Source: the human T2T-CHM13v2.0 reference genome, Homo sapiens | Length of the DNA: 64,000 bases | NCBI RefSeq assembly: GCF_009914755.1 | Contig: NC_060931.1 | Direction: 5' to 3' (one strand) | Shown here: positions 1 to 16,007 of the stretch, in pieces | Layout: every line of letters begins with the position of its first letter | Numbering within the stretch: the stretch's first letter is position 1 | Translations under genes and position numbers: made by a program | Notes under the pieces: model-generated | Told to the model about the DNA's origin: nothing | Databases searched by the model: none | Seen by the model: only the letters and a program-made list of their open reading frames with translations

Positions 1-569
1 AATATCTATGCTGACCAACATTTACTCAGGGTCACCCATGTGGCAGACTTCAGGAAGAGAGGAAAACTCCTCAACTCAAGTTTTAAAAATCCAGGGGAAG
101 AGCTGAGGTCACATTCCAAATCCTGGAACAATAAATGTGGTCAGAGAGATGAGAGGCTGTGATTGGCCCAGCATGGACCTTACGACTTCTGTGTTTGCTG
201 GAAGTGTGTTTGGGAATGGGGAGTATAATGATTGGCAGAGTTCACTAAGACCACATATTTTGAGGAATGTTTCCTAAAGAAGGTGCATGCTCTCCTGGAA
301 AAAAATTCATACACACCACAGCTTTGGGCAAGTTCTTACTTTATTTGAATTTCAGTAGGATTATCTGTAAATGGAGAAGTTGGATTAGATGCTTTTTGAG
401 GGTTCTTTAATATCTAGAAGTCTCTAGTTTTGTTACCTTCTAAAATACAACATTATATAAAATAATTTCATATTCATCCCTGACAAGCAAGCAGAGGTGA
501 TACTATCTCATCTTACTGGGTGGGAAAATTGAGGCTCACAAAGTTAATTAACTGGCCTCAAATCATTAG

Positions 570-1030
570 AATGTCACCCGGCCCATCTTAACTGTTTTTA
601 AGCATACAATTAGTACTGTTTAATACTTTCACATGATTTTGCAATCAATCTCCAGAACTCTTTTCATCTTGCAAAACTAAAACTCTGCCCATTAGACAAT
701 TCCCCATTCCTCCCTCCCTGCAGTTCCTGGCAACGACCTTTCTTCTTTTTGCCTCTGAATTTGCTACTGTAGGTGCCTCATATAAGTAGAATCACACAGT
801 ATTTGTCTTTTGGTGATTGGCTTATTTCACTTAGCATAATGTCCTTAAGTTTCATCAATGTTGTAGTATGTATCAGGATTTCCTTCCTTTTTAAGGCTGA
901 ATAATATTTCATAGTATATCCTCACCACATGTTGTTACTCATTTATCCCTTGAGGGGGACACTTGGGTTGCTTCCACATTTTGGCTACCACGAATAATGC
1001 TGCTATGAACATGGTTGTACAGATATCTGA
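570..1030 (-). mobile_element. L1M (L1MB-like) 3' fragment
   Basis: Typical antisense L1MB 3' text: ctccagaactcttttcatcttgcaaaact, ggcttatttcacttagcataatgtcc, aataatgctgctatgaacat. Confidence 0.85.
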
Positions 1031-1277
1031 AAGTTGTTTTTTTTTTTTAAATAAAGAACATTGGAAGTCCCCCTAAATTTTATAAGATAGATGTAAATTA
1101 CATAAGATACTTATATCTTATAAGATATTTTTCTTGGCTCTGAAAGTGCTTGAAACATTAATAAATACAAAAATATATTAATTAATTAACACAGGTAACT
1201 ATTTACTGAGCACTTATTTCTTGTCTTTGGTATGTGCTAAATGCTTCAGATGATTTCAGGTTTAGCTGCCAAGTAAC

Positions 1278-1280
<3 letters not shown>

Positions 1281-1318
<38 letters not shown>
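1281..1318. repeat. (AC)19 microsatellite
   Basis: Perfect dinucleotide run. Confidence 0.98.
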
Positions 1319-1321
<3 letters not shown>

Positions 1322-1339
1322 CAAGCATTAAAACAATGT

Positions 1340-1700
1340 AGGTGTTACTTTTCCCCTCACATTCAGGAAAGCCAGAGGCATCAGCCCAGGCTTCCATTGC
1401 ACTCCATGGTGTCAGAGTCTAATCTCATTTCTTGTCTGCCATTTCCCAGAGGCATTTTTCCCAAGGTATCCCCAGGGGAAAGATTTTGCTGGAGCCTTAC
1501 TTACATTATCATGTCTGTATTCCAGCCATCAGATTGGAGGAAGAGAAGAAGAAAGAGCATGTCCTTCCTTTAGTGACATTTCTCCATTTCTATCCCATTG
1601 GCCAGAAGTTAGTCATGGGATCACTACTACCTGTATGAAAGACTAAGAAAAATGATCTTTATTGCTGAGAGCCACATACACTGCACAAACTGGGGGGTTC
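1340..1700 (-). mobile_element. Old MaLR LTR fragment (MLT1J/K-like)
   Basis: cccattggccagaagttagtcatgg...ctacctg...aagactaagaaaaatgatcttt motif of old MLT1 LTRs. Confidence 0.55.
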
Positions 1701-3229
1701 TATCTTGAGAAAGAAGGAAAGACTAGATGTTGGGAGACAGCCGGGAGTCTCTGCCAGAGCAGCCATACATGTTAAATATCAACCTGGTAGTATACCTCCC
1801 TACGTAAGTAAAGTTGAACTGTTTCTGAGTCTATAGATAATCTTGAATGCTAATTCTGCAGTAACGTTGATTGTTCCCTCCTCTGTTGATGTTTACTCCA
1901 ATGAGATCAACTTAAAGTCTTGAAGCAGGAGAGCTTAAAGTAGAAGAGCTAGTGAAACCTAGAACAATAGGAGTGAGGCATTAGCTTAATATTCTGGTTC
2001 CCTGGGTTGGTCTTGAGATCTCCTTGGCCATCCCTCACTTCGGATAGATGGGGCTGCAGCTTTGGTGCCAATGAAGCTGGTGATTAGGTAAGCTTGTTTT
2101 GGGGAGTGACTTCTGGATGGAATGTGGAGAAGAGAACTCTTTTTCAAAGATCATTATCTATGAATTGGCAACACTGGTGCCTCCCTGACAATGAAGCCAA
2201 ATTTATATCTGATTTTTATAACTTCTAATATCAAAATGACTTATGTATTCAGCAAGCCCCTGAAGATGAATCAGTACATAGAAATATTTTGGATGTTTTG
2301 ATGGGAATTGTTAAAATCTTTGTTTTAACTATGTAACTTCATTTTATTTTAGTTGTATAACTAGAGAATTTTTGACACTCCAAACCAGTTAGTTTGGCTC
2401 ATGGACATTGAAATGAATGAGTACTGTGTGAAACAGCAAACATTACCCCATTACTCACAGCATACCATTGTCCTTGAGGCAGGGATTGAGATGGGGTCAG
2501 GGCCAGGGAAAGAGTGAAGGTGGCTTTATTTATTACAATATTAATTTAAAAAAATAGTAATTTTGTTATTTCCATGAAACTGTGTTTAAAAATGTCACTT
2601 TCCTATCATCCTCATCAAAATGCCCTGCTTTAGAAATAAACTCTGTAATGAGTACAATTATATGAAAAGAATCTTAAGGCTACAAAGAATGAAGAAAAAT
2701 GATTAAGTAAGAAAAGATCAGGCTAATGATTTAATAATTTAATTTTAATAATTATCATTTATATAAATTATACAATATCATGGGGATGATGCTTTTATCA
2801 TTGTCCCTACTCCCTCCTATCTCCTCCAAAAAATGTCATTTCTGAGTCTCTTATTTTTTGGAATGGCATTAAAGCCTCAGGCAGAATCTAGAGGACTTCT
2901 CACCAGCCTCAATGGTGTCCACCTCTCTCTGAAACTAAGCGAACCTGTAGCAAAGCCTAGAAGAGAAGTGCAGTTCTTCAAGGTTTTAGCCGAGTGACTT
3001 CAGAATAAATTCAGTTTAACCAGTGAGCTAAGTTGTGGTCTGCTTTTTATGGTGTTACAACTTGTTTTCTTGGTACCAGTTTAGTTCGATAAATATTTGA
3101 GTACTTATTTCACCAACTCTGCAATTTTAATTTGCATCATATCTAAAATATTCAGTGGTCCTTTCCTCAAATTCTTATGACTCATAATCTAAGAAGGCAA
3201 AACATTTATAATGGTAAACATCATGATCA

Positions 3230-3390
3230 GGGAGCCAGAGGACCCCTGTTTAAATGGATTATGCCATTAACTAGTTGTGTGACCCTGGGCAAGTCATTTA
3301 CTCCTCAGCCTTTAGATTTCTCATTTTTAAAGCGAAAGGGCAGGGAGTTGGTTTATATGATGTCTAAGATCTTCAGTGCTTCAAATAAAT
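3230..3390 (+). mobile_element. MIR
   Basis: MIR core actagttgtgtgaccctgggcaagtcattt...tttctcatt. Confidence 0.75.
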
Positions 3391-6375
3391 AGTTAAAAGT
3401 GGCATTTCTACTTTCAACCCAAGAAGAATCATATAGCCATAGCTAAAGAGGTTGAATATAATGATTCATGTAGAGAATCCACTCCATCACCTTCAAACAC
3501 GGGAAGGTGGAAATGGTGCTCTCTAGTATTACATTGACCACATGTTCAGATTGCTGAATACACCTGCAGAAAAAAATTCCATTCTAAAGAAATGCATTCT
3601 GGTTGTTTCAAAGAAAAATTAGGCACTCACTCTATGGTAGATTTCCTGTTGGTCACCCGGGAGTGAATCCTTCAAGAACCACCTGTACATTTCTCCTTAT
3701 CTCCAAGCCTCCCAACAGCTCCAGCTCAGTGGGCAGATGGGGCCAATGGAATTCCTGTTCCTTGTTCTCTTTGTAAACCCTGAGTCTCTCTGCTGTTACT
3801 CCCTGCTGTGTCCAGGCTGCCCTTCCCTCACTAGAGCCTACCTCTTCATTCAAAGCTCAGTTTCAAATGCCACCTCCTCCAGGAAGCTTAATCTCCTCTT
3901 TGAAATTTCCATGGCATATTATCTTCTCTTCTTACCTTCACTTCTACCTTTTACTGTATTCATTATAAACATAGTTTATCCTCCTTACTAGACTGTAAGA
4001 TCCTTGGTAGCATAATCCTTTATCTTTATCAAGTGTAAATGCCTTTTTTAAGGTGTAACTTTCTCAAGTTTATGAAATACCTTGCACCCTGCCCTAGTGG
4101 TAGGTATCACAATCTCTTTACCCTGTTTCCTTTGGGAAGGGTCTATTGGTTTCTACTTTTAGGAAGCTGGGTTGATGTGATTTCTCTAGAAGCATCTTTC
4201 AGACTTGAATCCACGTGACTAAGTTGTATGTTCAGTTGAATTTTTCAGTGAGAATTTAGCATCGTAGTTTTGAGAGGAGATGAAGAAAGTTGCTCTTACT
4301 GCAGGCCTGGCCCCTTTTAATCTGATTAGGTTTCACAGTTTATTTTCCAGAGAAAGAGATGAGACAGAGTTTTGTCTAATTGAGACTGGGACAGGCCCAG
4401 AGTTAAACATTGGTCTTTGGGCCCCATCACCTCTTTCCCCTTGAAAAATGTCATAAGCAGACCCAAATACACATTTTTTCCCCTCATTTTGATTTCAGCC
4501 AAAGCCATTTTGGGATTTGGATGGTACCACTATTTATTTAGTTAAACTGTGAAGGCAGATCTGTGTGCTTTTCAGTGCAGGCATTCTTTTTTCTTTTTGA
4601 CCCTGGAATATCTCCGTTTTGTGTAGACAGAGACCAGTTGTCAGCTGATAGACTATCACTTGAAGGGGTGATGGCAGCAGTAGATGCATGGGAAAACATC
4701 TTGATAAGGCCTTGGAGAAAAGGCTGCTCTTTCGGAAGCAGGGCCCATTTGCCAAGAAGGCAGCAAGGGAAATCGCTGGTGGCAGAGGCTTATAACAAAC
4801 AGGAAGAAGAGACAGGTTTGCCAAAGGCTTCTGTGCATTTTTCCCCTTCGCAAACTTTCAGACAGATGAAAATGTTTTTAAGGTGGTTTTTGGGTTTGCA
4901 CCTACAGGGAGAGTTCCAGTGCATTCCAAAGCACCATGCTGCACATTATGGAAATGCCACACACAGCTAGATTCTATCATAAAGAAATTTGTCATGCAAA
5001 TTCTGAGGATGTTTGGCTGGTGTCAGGGAGGGAAGGCATATCAAAGTAACTCAGGCACACCCTTCAAATGTCTTGCAATTTCATAGCATGCATTTATCCA
5101 AATTTATGGCTAAGGCAACAAAAGGTCTCCCAGCTTCCTTATTCTTCAGCTTTCCATAATTAAATTATGATAAACAACTTTATCTAAAAGCCTCATCCAG
5201 GGACAATCTTTTTAGATAGAGGAGATAGTGGTTCCAACTGATTGTACTTATCTGCAGCAATAAAGGTTTCTATTTATTTAATTTTTAATTTTAATTTTAT
5301 TTATTTTTTAATGAGTCCCTGGGAAGTAAGGCTGGATTTAGAGATTTTTCTCTTTTTGCATATTATCTTTATGATTAGTAAATACATAAACACACTGGTT
5401 TCCGAGAAGCTGCCTGGCCATGGCTTTATTTGGGTGGGGGGAGGGAGGGAAGGAATCACACATCAGCCTTCTCTTTCAATTTAAATTTTACGGTAAGAAT
5501 CTATTTTGGGAGGGAAATGGAGCATGCTAAGCTAATGACAGTTTTCCCTTCTCTTATTTTTCCCACGTCACAGCAACGTGCTCGCATCAGCTCCTCGGTG
5601 TGTCGCGATGTTGGCAATGTTGCACTAATTAAGTGAAGTCTCCAAATCACTCGAAAAAACGAATAAACAGTCAACGAGGCAGGGAAGGGTTAAGGTGAAG
5701 CTAGATTAAACCTGTCAGCAAACAGACTCATTTATTTTCAAAGCTGTAGTTTCCACAATGGAAACAACCCACTTTGCCTGGAGACCCTTAGGTCCGTTCC
5801 GTGGGGACCCGGTTTCAACTCTTGGACAGAGGAAGTCGGTAGTCCACCGTGAGCTCAAGGACAGCTAGCTGATCGTCAGGTCCCAACACTTGCCAAGCGT
5901 CCCTCACTCCCACCTCGCGCCTTCGTACTTTGGTTACAAAAATCATCTCTCTGCGATTGCACCCCTTTTGAGTAGAGGGTGCCACTGCGTGGGGAGGAGG
6001 CGGCGATTCAGCAGGGGGATCACAGGAGCTGACTCCCCGACACCCAGTGCTGCAGAGGCGAGAGGGCGCAGCCGGGCTGAGAGAGCGACGGAGCTCCGAG
6101 CTGCAGAGGCCGCCGCGCGGCGGCCCCCGCCAGAGATGAGCGGTGGGGCGGGGGTTCCTCCCTCTTTTCGGGTGAATGAATGATTAGTCAAACACCACCT
6201 CCCCGCCCCGGTCCGCCCGAGATTGGAAGGGAGGAGTCTCGGAGCGACTGTTCATTTTTTAAGGACGAAAGGCGTTTGCCTCGGTACGTTTTTAAATCGA
6301 CCTTGTGTGTGTTTCAACTTCGGTCATCCCTAGTGTCAGGACGCGCAGACAGCTAAGCACAGAACACATCTCTAA

Positions 6376-7659
<1,284 letters not shown>

Positions 7660-8552
7660 TGAAGAGGTTGCGGGCTGAGAGGCTGTTGCCTTCAATGTAG
7701 TAATAATAGACATTCTTCTATTTGAATTTGAGAAATTATTTTATTTATTTTTAATGCTTTCCTCAACTTTTATTTTAATCTTTCCCTCTGTAGAACTCAG
7801 GAAAAAAATTTGTGCAGTTTTCCGCACATCTTCCTTTCTCATCTTTGGGGTTGCAATACATCCACTGTGCTAGGAGTGCTTTTTAAAGCACTGGCTCTCA
7901 AGACCTTGAATTTAAAGAAACTATCATTTAAAAAGGGCACTAATAGCCGGATATAATAATTATATGTTTTCAGGCAGGTGAAGACCTCAGCTGCTATTCT
8001 GAAGGACATACTTTACTGACACCTGGTGCAGAAAAGAAAATATGGAGTCAATTTCTAAGAGAAGGGAAAAGGGGATTGCGTTTCAAAAAGTGATTTAAAC
8101 CTAAGACAATGCGAGACAGATTCATAGAAAGGCCTGTTTATTGACTCAGTTCTGAGTTTTGGTCAATTTAAAATCTGCCCCAATTTGAGGTTTTTTTTAA
8201 ATTTTATTTTTTATTTTTTCTTTGCGTATGGGGCTGTGTGCTTAGTTGAAATATCTTCATAAAGGAGGAGTGTTATTAAAAATCCAGTGAAATACTTGGA
8301 ATTGTGCTTAGACCATCTGAGAACAGATAATTTATCCCTATATCATAGTCTTTTCTTTTTTGAACCTGTTTAAATAAAATTATTGAAAATGGAGTTGGGG
8401 GCAGAGGTTTTGCTTTGGTGAATTTAATAATTTAAACCACATTAAGAATTCTGAAGTTTGGGTAGAGGTTTCAAAAAGGATTAGTGTAAAAATTTTAAAT
8501 GTTGAAATCATGCTGCTAAGCTAACTTTAAATGAAACATTTTTCCCCCCTGA

Positions 8553-8663
<111 letters not shown>

Positions 8664-10859
8664 TAATATGAACTCAACTGCTCTCTCTGATAAGGTGAAT
8701 CCATTAAATGTGATAATATAACCAGATCTTACAAATTGTCTTTATCATTACAAAATTGCACATAACTGTACATAGTTTGTGAGTTGAATCCAGTTAATTT
8801 CTGAGTTTTATGGACTTTGGCAATTTCCATTTCATCCAGCTGGAAATTCTTATCTTTGACATCATCCTTATAGACGTAAATTTCAGATAGGCTTTGTATG
8901 ACGTCTCGGTGAAATGACAGTTTGTAATGTCTGTTTCCAGTAATGATTACTACAACCAAATTCTTGGGACAACAAAACTTTCTGCGTTGGTTCTGTCATT
9001 TAAGCTCAGTGGGAAAATGATGAGATAAGATTTAAGTATGAAGGTCAGGAATAAGGTATGCGACAAAGGGAAAGAGAGGTGACAGCCACAAAAAACAAAC
9101 ATAAGGACAAGATGTAATTCTGGATTTCTTTCTCGGGTTTCTTTGCCTGTTATACCCTAAACCCTCAAATACTGTCTTTATTTCTGATTTGGAAGCATGA
9201 GTCGGAAAGGACAATTCCATCCTTAATAGAGAATGACACTTGGCTGTCAGCTGCTTAGTTAACACTATCAGTGGTTAGAAGACTCAAAAAATAATTTGTT
9301 TCCATTTATTTTAGTTTAGTAGTTAATGATAAGTCTAATAAGTAACCACTTGGGGGAGATTAAGTAATGTGAATAAGAATTTCTGAGATGAAATATAGAC
9401 CTACAAGGTAAACATTTTTGCTTAGGAGTGTTTTACATGCCAATCACTTTTGGCAAAATTTGGTTAGAAACTACACATTATAAAACCTTGTTGGAAATAC
9501 ATTAAGGCAGTCAAATGCAAAGCCCCAGAATGATAGAGGACTACTTGTTGCTAGATCAGCATGCTGTGTGGCGCTGGAGAAGGAATTCATTTCGGTTTAG
9601 GCAAAAGCCAAGCTATCTGAGTTTATACTACATAAATTTTTTCATGACAAGAGTTGAGGTCAATGTTTTGAAGTGATAAATGGGTGAAGGTAAATGGCTG
9701 TATCAAACAATTATCAGGTTCGGAAGACTAAGGAAATCAACAGAAACAAGTAAAAACGCACTGCGTTTGCTGACACAATAAATATTGCTGCCTAATAAAA
9801 CAGAGCTGAGAGAGGGTGTATTATGATTGCATATTTATGGGTTGCTGTGTTCATTGATGATCTTTTAGTAAATAATTTGTTGAAAAGAAGCTTTCAGTTT
9901 AAATTTTGACTCAGTTGTAGATTTACAAATGCAGTGTGTGTGTATGTGTGTTTAATCTTCCTTTTTTATTTTTCTTATCTGTGTAATGTGAGTGAATTAT
10001 TTTATCTTAATCTATTAAGATTTCAGAGGAAATTACCTTGACCAAGTAATATTTAAATGTGCCGAGAGCTTTGCATATAAATATATTGTTTTCACTTCAG
10101 CAATATTAGTACTTATCAAGCTTACGTATGTAGTTTGAGTTTTGTAAACTGTTCCCAAATAACATTATGAGAAATTCTCCCCACAGCATTCCCCCCTTTT
10201 CAGTACTCCTACCCCTGCTAAAAATAGTGCCTTTCTCTGAAAGTGGAGACTTAGTGATAAGAAGATAGATGTTAGAGTCCTGCAGTTTTGAAGGTAAAGA
10301 GTACATCTGAAAAGATGCATCAGTTGGAATTCAAGTGGGAGTGATATTTATTACAGAAAAGTATCAATTAAATTCAGAAGGGCAGTAGGTTTATTTATGT
10401 CTTCAACATTTAAGTAACAGTTGTAGGTATCTGCCTTGGGTGAGTGCTGTCAGAAATCCTTTCTAAATGTGTAATATTAGGACTTTGGCTATCAGCTTCA
10501 CCCATTACAGAGCTCTTTCATTGGCTGAAAGGCTCAGTGATATGTTATCATGACCTTTGCAGGGGTTTAGAATTATGGGGTCCAAGTTGTCACAGTCATT
10601 GCTGCTTCCCAAACGTTTGTAATGACTTGGTAAAATTGAGTAATAATAGATGGATGACCACTTATCTCTTTGTATAACACTCTTGTACATTTCCACGAAC
10701 CCACTGCAGTTCATGGATTTCAAAGCACTCCGGACAGCCAGGAAGCTACTTGGCATTTTTGTACCTAGGCTGGAAGGTAGACCTATTGAGCAAATTGATA
10801 ATAATAGCAATGGTAAACATTTATGTGTACTATTTTTATTTTATTTTATTTTTGCTTGT

Positions 10860-11050
10860 AGGGCCTCATCTAAGCCTGCATTATTTCATTTAATCTTCAC
10901 AAAACTCCTTTGAGGGCTTTTACCTTTATTTTACAGATGAGGAAACTGAGGCATAGGGGGCTAAGTAGCTTGTGAAGGTTGCATTTGAGTAAATAGTGGA
11001 GCCGAAACTGTCTCAGTTTTGTCTGCCTCTAGAGCACATGCCTATAACCA
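10860..11050 (-). mobile_element. MIR
   Basis: tttaatcttcacaaaac...attttacagatgaggaaactgaggca. Confidence 0.85.
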
Positions 11051-13349
11051 TAAGAAACAGCCTATTTGTTGAGTTAAAGATGTGAGAAAGTAAGGAGAAA
11101 ATAGAAAGAACGTCCAAATTATTTTACCTTTTGGCGTTCCTTGGGTTATTTTGTTTTTTCTTTTGAGTCTTTCAGGAGTTCAGTTAGTTGACATTTGTTA
11201 ATCGCATTATATGAAAGGAAAATCTCGTTATGATTTCAGTTGACCTGCAGGGAGCGTTAGTGGTTAGCTGGTTTTATGTATGTACATTAAGAGGGTATGT
11301 AATAGTCTCAACTGTACTTTGGATAAAGAAAATAGTCATATTTAGTTTGTGTTGGTCCAGCCTTTTGGCAGAAAGGTACCTAAGGCTGAGTATAAGCTCA
11401 TATCTTATTTCATAACATGTACAAAAAAAAAAAAAAAGAAAGAAAGAAAAAGCTAACGTCAACGTATGCTTAAAAAAGATGTAAAATGTTACAGTTGGGA
11501 GGAAATAGGTGGCACAAAGTCCTGTATATAATTACAGAGTAAAAGCTTAAAAAACCCCACAAAAATCAACTTGGCCTGATTTAAACTTTTAAGCTGTGAA
11601 ATGTTTCAAAGGTTGGAGTGAGCTCATTTCTGTGGAGTTTTTGAGGATGACAGTGGGTGCAGTGGCCACTGTAAGCAGAGCTGAATAATTTTATTCTCAT
11701 TTATCATCCTCTGCGTAGACCTGAGCATCTTGCCAGAACCAGTCCCAGTCCAAGAATAACTGGTTTGTTAGCTGGTGATGGAATCTCGTTTTAAAGTATG
11801 TGGCCCAAAAAGCTTCAGTTCATCTATTTGAGGGGGTAGGTGAGAAGTTGGATCATGGTCCTAAAATCTAGGGAACTGGGTAGGCAGTTGAGATTAAACT
11901 GCATGTGCTTTATTGTTTAGTCAGAAAGCAAAGCATAACTTTTCCCTACCTTACAAAATGGTCTTTTATGGGGCCGAGGAAAGGAAGCCAACAGTTATTA
12001 CTGTTTTTGTATGATATTTTCCCGCTTTCTTGCTAGAATTATTTTTCCCGTAATGTCTAGGAAAACACGTTGGTGCCTGCCCTGGAGTACAGCTGAGAAG
12101 AGAGCCAGCCACACCTAGATAAATGAAACTGAAGCCATTCTCTGATCTTTGGGACATCCCTAGGTCCACCAAGCACACATGAGAAGTGTGGTGCTTGATC
12201 TTCTCAGCCTTTTCCACCTAACTGTAGAATAGGAGGACATGGCGGGAGCCAGTGAGTTGGGCCCAGTACTGGAAACCTGAGAAAACTTTGGAGGCTGGGA
12301 CTCAGAAAACCCGAAGTCAGAGCTTAGTTTGGCATACATTTTGTTCAGCAAAAAACATTATTCTGAGGTTGAAATTTCCTCTTTAAAATCCAGAGGTGCA
12401 ATGTAGAAATGGACCCTTTGCTCATAAAAAGCAACATGAAATTCAATGTTACAAGAATCAGGGCTCCACCTGTCTTGGAGCCAACCAAATAGTGAAGACA
12501 GAGAGACCTTGTCTGCTGTCTTCTACTTTTTTAATCACAAAAATCTAATATCGCTGAACAAGGAGCTCCCAGCATCTTAGATTCTGTCTGGTGTCTTATC
12601 TCCATAAAATCCTCATGTTCTTCATTGTTCAAATTAACTGGCTGGAGAATAGATATCTATTATCTAAACAAGTGTTAGGCACATGTTTGAGGATGAGGGA
12701 GATAACATTGCATGAGGATTCAATTCATGTGTGTATGCACGTGTGAAACAGAGAGAGAGAAGATATAAAGTAGACCAGATGTGTTCAGAGAGGTACTGCA
12801 CTCAGTATATGCACAAATACATAGATTGCCTTGCTTTTTCCAAGTTGTTTCAGGTCATTTCTAGACTTTGGATGCTCACTAAGGAAGCAATCAGATTTAT
12901 TTATTTTTACTCTGTTTAGAAGGTGATGTGACCAATTACCTTTCAACAGAACAATTTTTGGGAAAGGTAACAGTTAATGTATAGGATTGTGTCGGCAAAT
13001 TCACAAAGACTAGTTCTGAGAGTTATTCTCGTCCATGCTTTATTCAGGCTCAGAGAAGTAGAGCAAATCTCGTGAGATCACACAGTTACTAAGAGACAGA
13101 ACTGGGATGTGAAGTCAGTTCCTTCTTTGCTAAACCAGAGTTTCCCTCTGCTGGAAACGTTTACTACTTAAAAACTTCTACAGATACCTTCAAGAGCTTC
13201 AGAGAGTCCTTTCAACCTGCACAGAGCTAATGTAGGCTCTCTATGGAGGCAGTTATAGTGGTTTTGATCTTGCAACCCAAACTGTCTAGAATTTGGAGAG
13301 CCCTTCCAAGAAAGACATGGGTTTTGGCTGGCATCATAACATTTTGGCA

Positions 13350-13580
13350 AAGAACTTTGGCCCAGACATCAGACAGTCTTGGGTTAAAATCAAACTGGTG
13401 GTGAAGTTGAGACAACTACCTCACCTTTCCAAACCTCAGTTTCTTCATCTGGAGAGTGGGATGGATGTCAACATCTAGTTCACAGAGTTGCTATGTGAAT
13501 TAAATGAGATGTAGCACATAAAGTTTGGCCTGGGGCTTGGCATAGAGTAAACACTCTGGAATGATTTTTTATTGCTGTTG
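13350..13580 (+). mobile_element. MIR
   Basis: cctcagtttcttcatctg...cacagagttgctatgtgaattaaatgagat...ggcatagagtaa. Confidence 0.8.
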
Positions 13581-14689
13581 TTGATGATGGCATTATTTTT
13601 AAAAATTCTTATTTCCTCATATGGAATAGGATGCAAAATTTCAAAAGAAAATGATAAAAGGGACGACGGACGAGACATAGGAATAATGATGGCAAACCCA
13701 CCCATTGTTACGCATGAACAAGGTTTGTCAGAAATGTTTAGTGAGTTTTTCTGTCCCTCCAGGCTTGGACTGGGCTGATCTAGGCTGCTTCCTTATTGGT
13801 CCAGTGATCCCAGTGATCTTTGGGCCCTGGTGTAAGTTTTCCCCTCGCTTTCCATTAAACATAAACAAACAAACAAACAAACAACAACAAAAAACACAAC
13901 TTTCCGTGGAAGAGGGGCCTGCTTTCTTGCAGAGTATTTACATCTCTATGCCTGTGGGGTCACCTTCACTTGTACTTTTATTGGCAGAGGGATTGGGTTG
14001 GGACTCGGGAGCACTGTAATTCTGGAAAAACTGCCTAGTGGCCTGGCATCATGGGGATTTTCCTGGCCCGCCTTGTGGAAGGCTCTCGACCCCTTTCCAG
14101 AACTGAGTATGTTTTTGTTGCCTACTTACTCAATGCTCCCCTTCCCCATCCCATTTCAAACACTGTTTATTTTGTTTTGAGGCACTGGACTTGACTGTGG
14201 GTATCAACAGTAAATTGTGTTTTAAGTGTAGGAAATAATGTTGAGGAAAGAGAGCCCTTCCCCAGACTAGAATGCAAATAGGGGGAGGGCAGTAGAATAG
14301 GAGATAATGGGAAAAGTCAGGCAAGGCAAAATGATGGAAAAATAAAACTAGTTAATATGAATTTGTTGGGTAAATAAAGGATATCAGTTTTTCACACCCT
14401 CTTCTATGGCCCTTCTGTATAAATGATGATATATTGAGTCCTTTGTGCTATAAAAGAATATGAGTAACACCACCTTTCATGGCAGTGGGAGGTCAAGTGT
14501 GCTTGTTGAACTTAGTTAAGATCAGCAAATGAGCTGGGTGTATATTTTAAGACCTGTTGATTCCCAGTTCTAATTCTATAAAACACCACTCAAGGCACTA
14601 GGGATAGCAGGTTATAAATTCAATAATATTATTCTTTCTTCCTTCTTTCCACACTTCATCCCCTCTTCCATTTTATTTTATTATTTTTA

Positions 14690-15300
14690 GCCCTTTCTGT
14701 GTTTGAAGCATTGTGCTGGCTGGGGACCTTTGAGGAGACAAAGACCAACAGGACAGATTCTTGCCCACAGCCTAATGGGGGAGACGAACACATATATAAA
14801 TAAGAAACTTTATAGGAGTGACAGAAAAGCACTGTAATAGACTCAAACCCCTGTACTAAGGGGGCTGCCAGTGAATTCTGACTAGGGTATCTGGGACCGT
14901 GATGTGGGAGGAGAGATGATCCAGGCAAAGCCTTGTTGGAGGAAGGACACAAAGAGAGTGTGCTTGGGACTGTGGAAATGGCAGCGTCTATTGTGCCCAA
15001 AGCTGTGATGGAGCTGGAGTTAGAAATCTCCATGGGAACCAGCAAGGGGAGCATCTTGAATGTAATAATAAGGATATCAGTTCCATTCATGTAACTGGGA
15101 GAAGCCATTTAATATTTTTGTGCAAACACATGACACAATAAAATAAATTTTATATAAAGATCTCTAGGAGCTTTTGTACGGGATATACAGAGTGTGAAGA
15201 GGCTGAAGTTTGGACAACAGACTGCAGCGATGTTGTGTGGTCAGGTGAGAGCAAGCAGCCTGGAGTAGGGGTGGGCAGTAGGAATGGAAAGAAGGTGTTG
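14690..15300 (-). mobile_element. L2 fragments
   Basis: Purine-rich antisense L2 text (agcattgtgctggctgggga...cacagcctaatgggggagac); more at ~16110-16660. Confidence 0.6.
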
Positions 15301-15705
15301 GGATAAACCAATGTTGCCCGGTCTTTTGAATTTCTTTGACTACATTCCAGTTCTAGAGTATTTACGTGAATACCAAAGGTATTGAAAAAAATAGAATATT
15401 TTGATAGAAAGACTCCAAACCATGCCCAAAAAGACACAGTTGCTAAAATGCAGCAGTAATTACAGTGGAGTGATTGGTAGCACAGCCACTTTGCTTGTCA
15501 CTTGGTGTCTCCAGAGCAGGGCACTGCTACTTGAATAGAGTAGTTCTCTTCCCAGAGCTCACTCTTGAAATTATATTTGGAGCACCAGCTCTCTCCTCTT
15601 ACTCTCAGTGACACCCTGCCTTACACTGCTGCGTGATCCATTTGGTAAATTATTCAGTCTGGTAGGTACGTTCATGATAGTAATGTATGCTCAGTTTTAG
15701 CACAA

Positions 15706-16007
15706 TTTTTTTTTTTTTTTTTGAGATGGAGTCTCGCTCAGTTGCCCAGGCTGGAGTGCAGTGGCATGATCTCGGCTCACTGCAAGCTCCGCCTCCCGGG
15801 TTCGCGCCATTCTCCTGCCTCAGCCCTCCCGAGTAGCTGGGACTACAGGCGCCCGCCACTATGCCCGGCTAATTTTTTTTTGTATTTTTAGTAGAGACGG
15901 GGTTTCACCGTGTTAGCCAGGATGGTCTCGATCTCCTGACCTCGTGATCTGCCCGCCTTGGTCTCCCAAAGTGCTGGGACTACAGGCGTGAGCCACCGCG
16001 CCTGGCC
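15706..16007 (-). mobile_element. AluY, full length
   Basis: AluY diagnostics (tgcaagctccgcctcccggg, gtgttagccaggatggtctcgatctcctgacctcgtg). TSD ttYagcacaattttt at 15696-15710 and 16008-16022. Confidence 0.95.

Noticed and set aside
4534-4970. Overlapping 96-135-aa ORFs upstream of the promoter
   Set aside because: Non-ATG or weak starts, no domain similarity I can recognise, no supporting exon structure.
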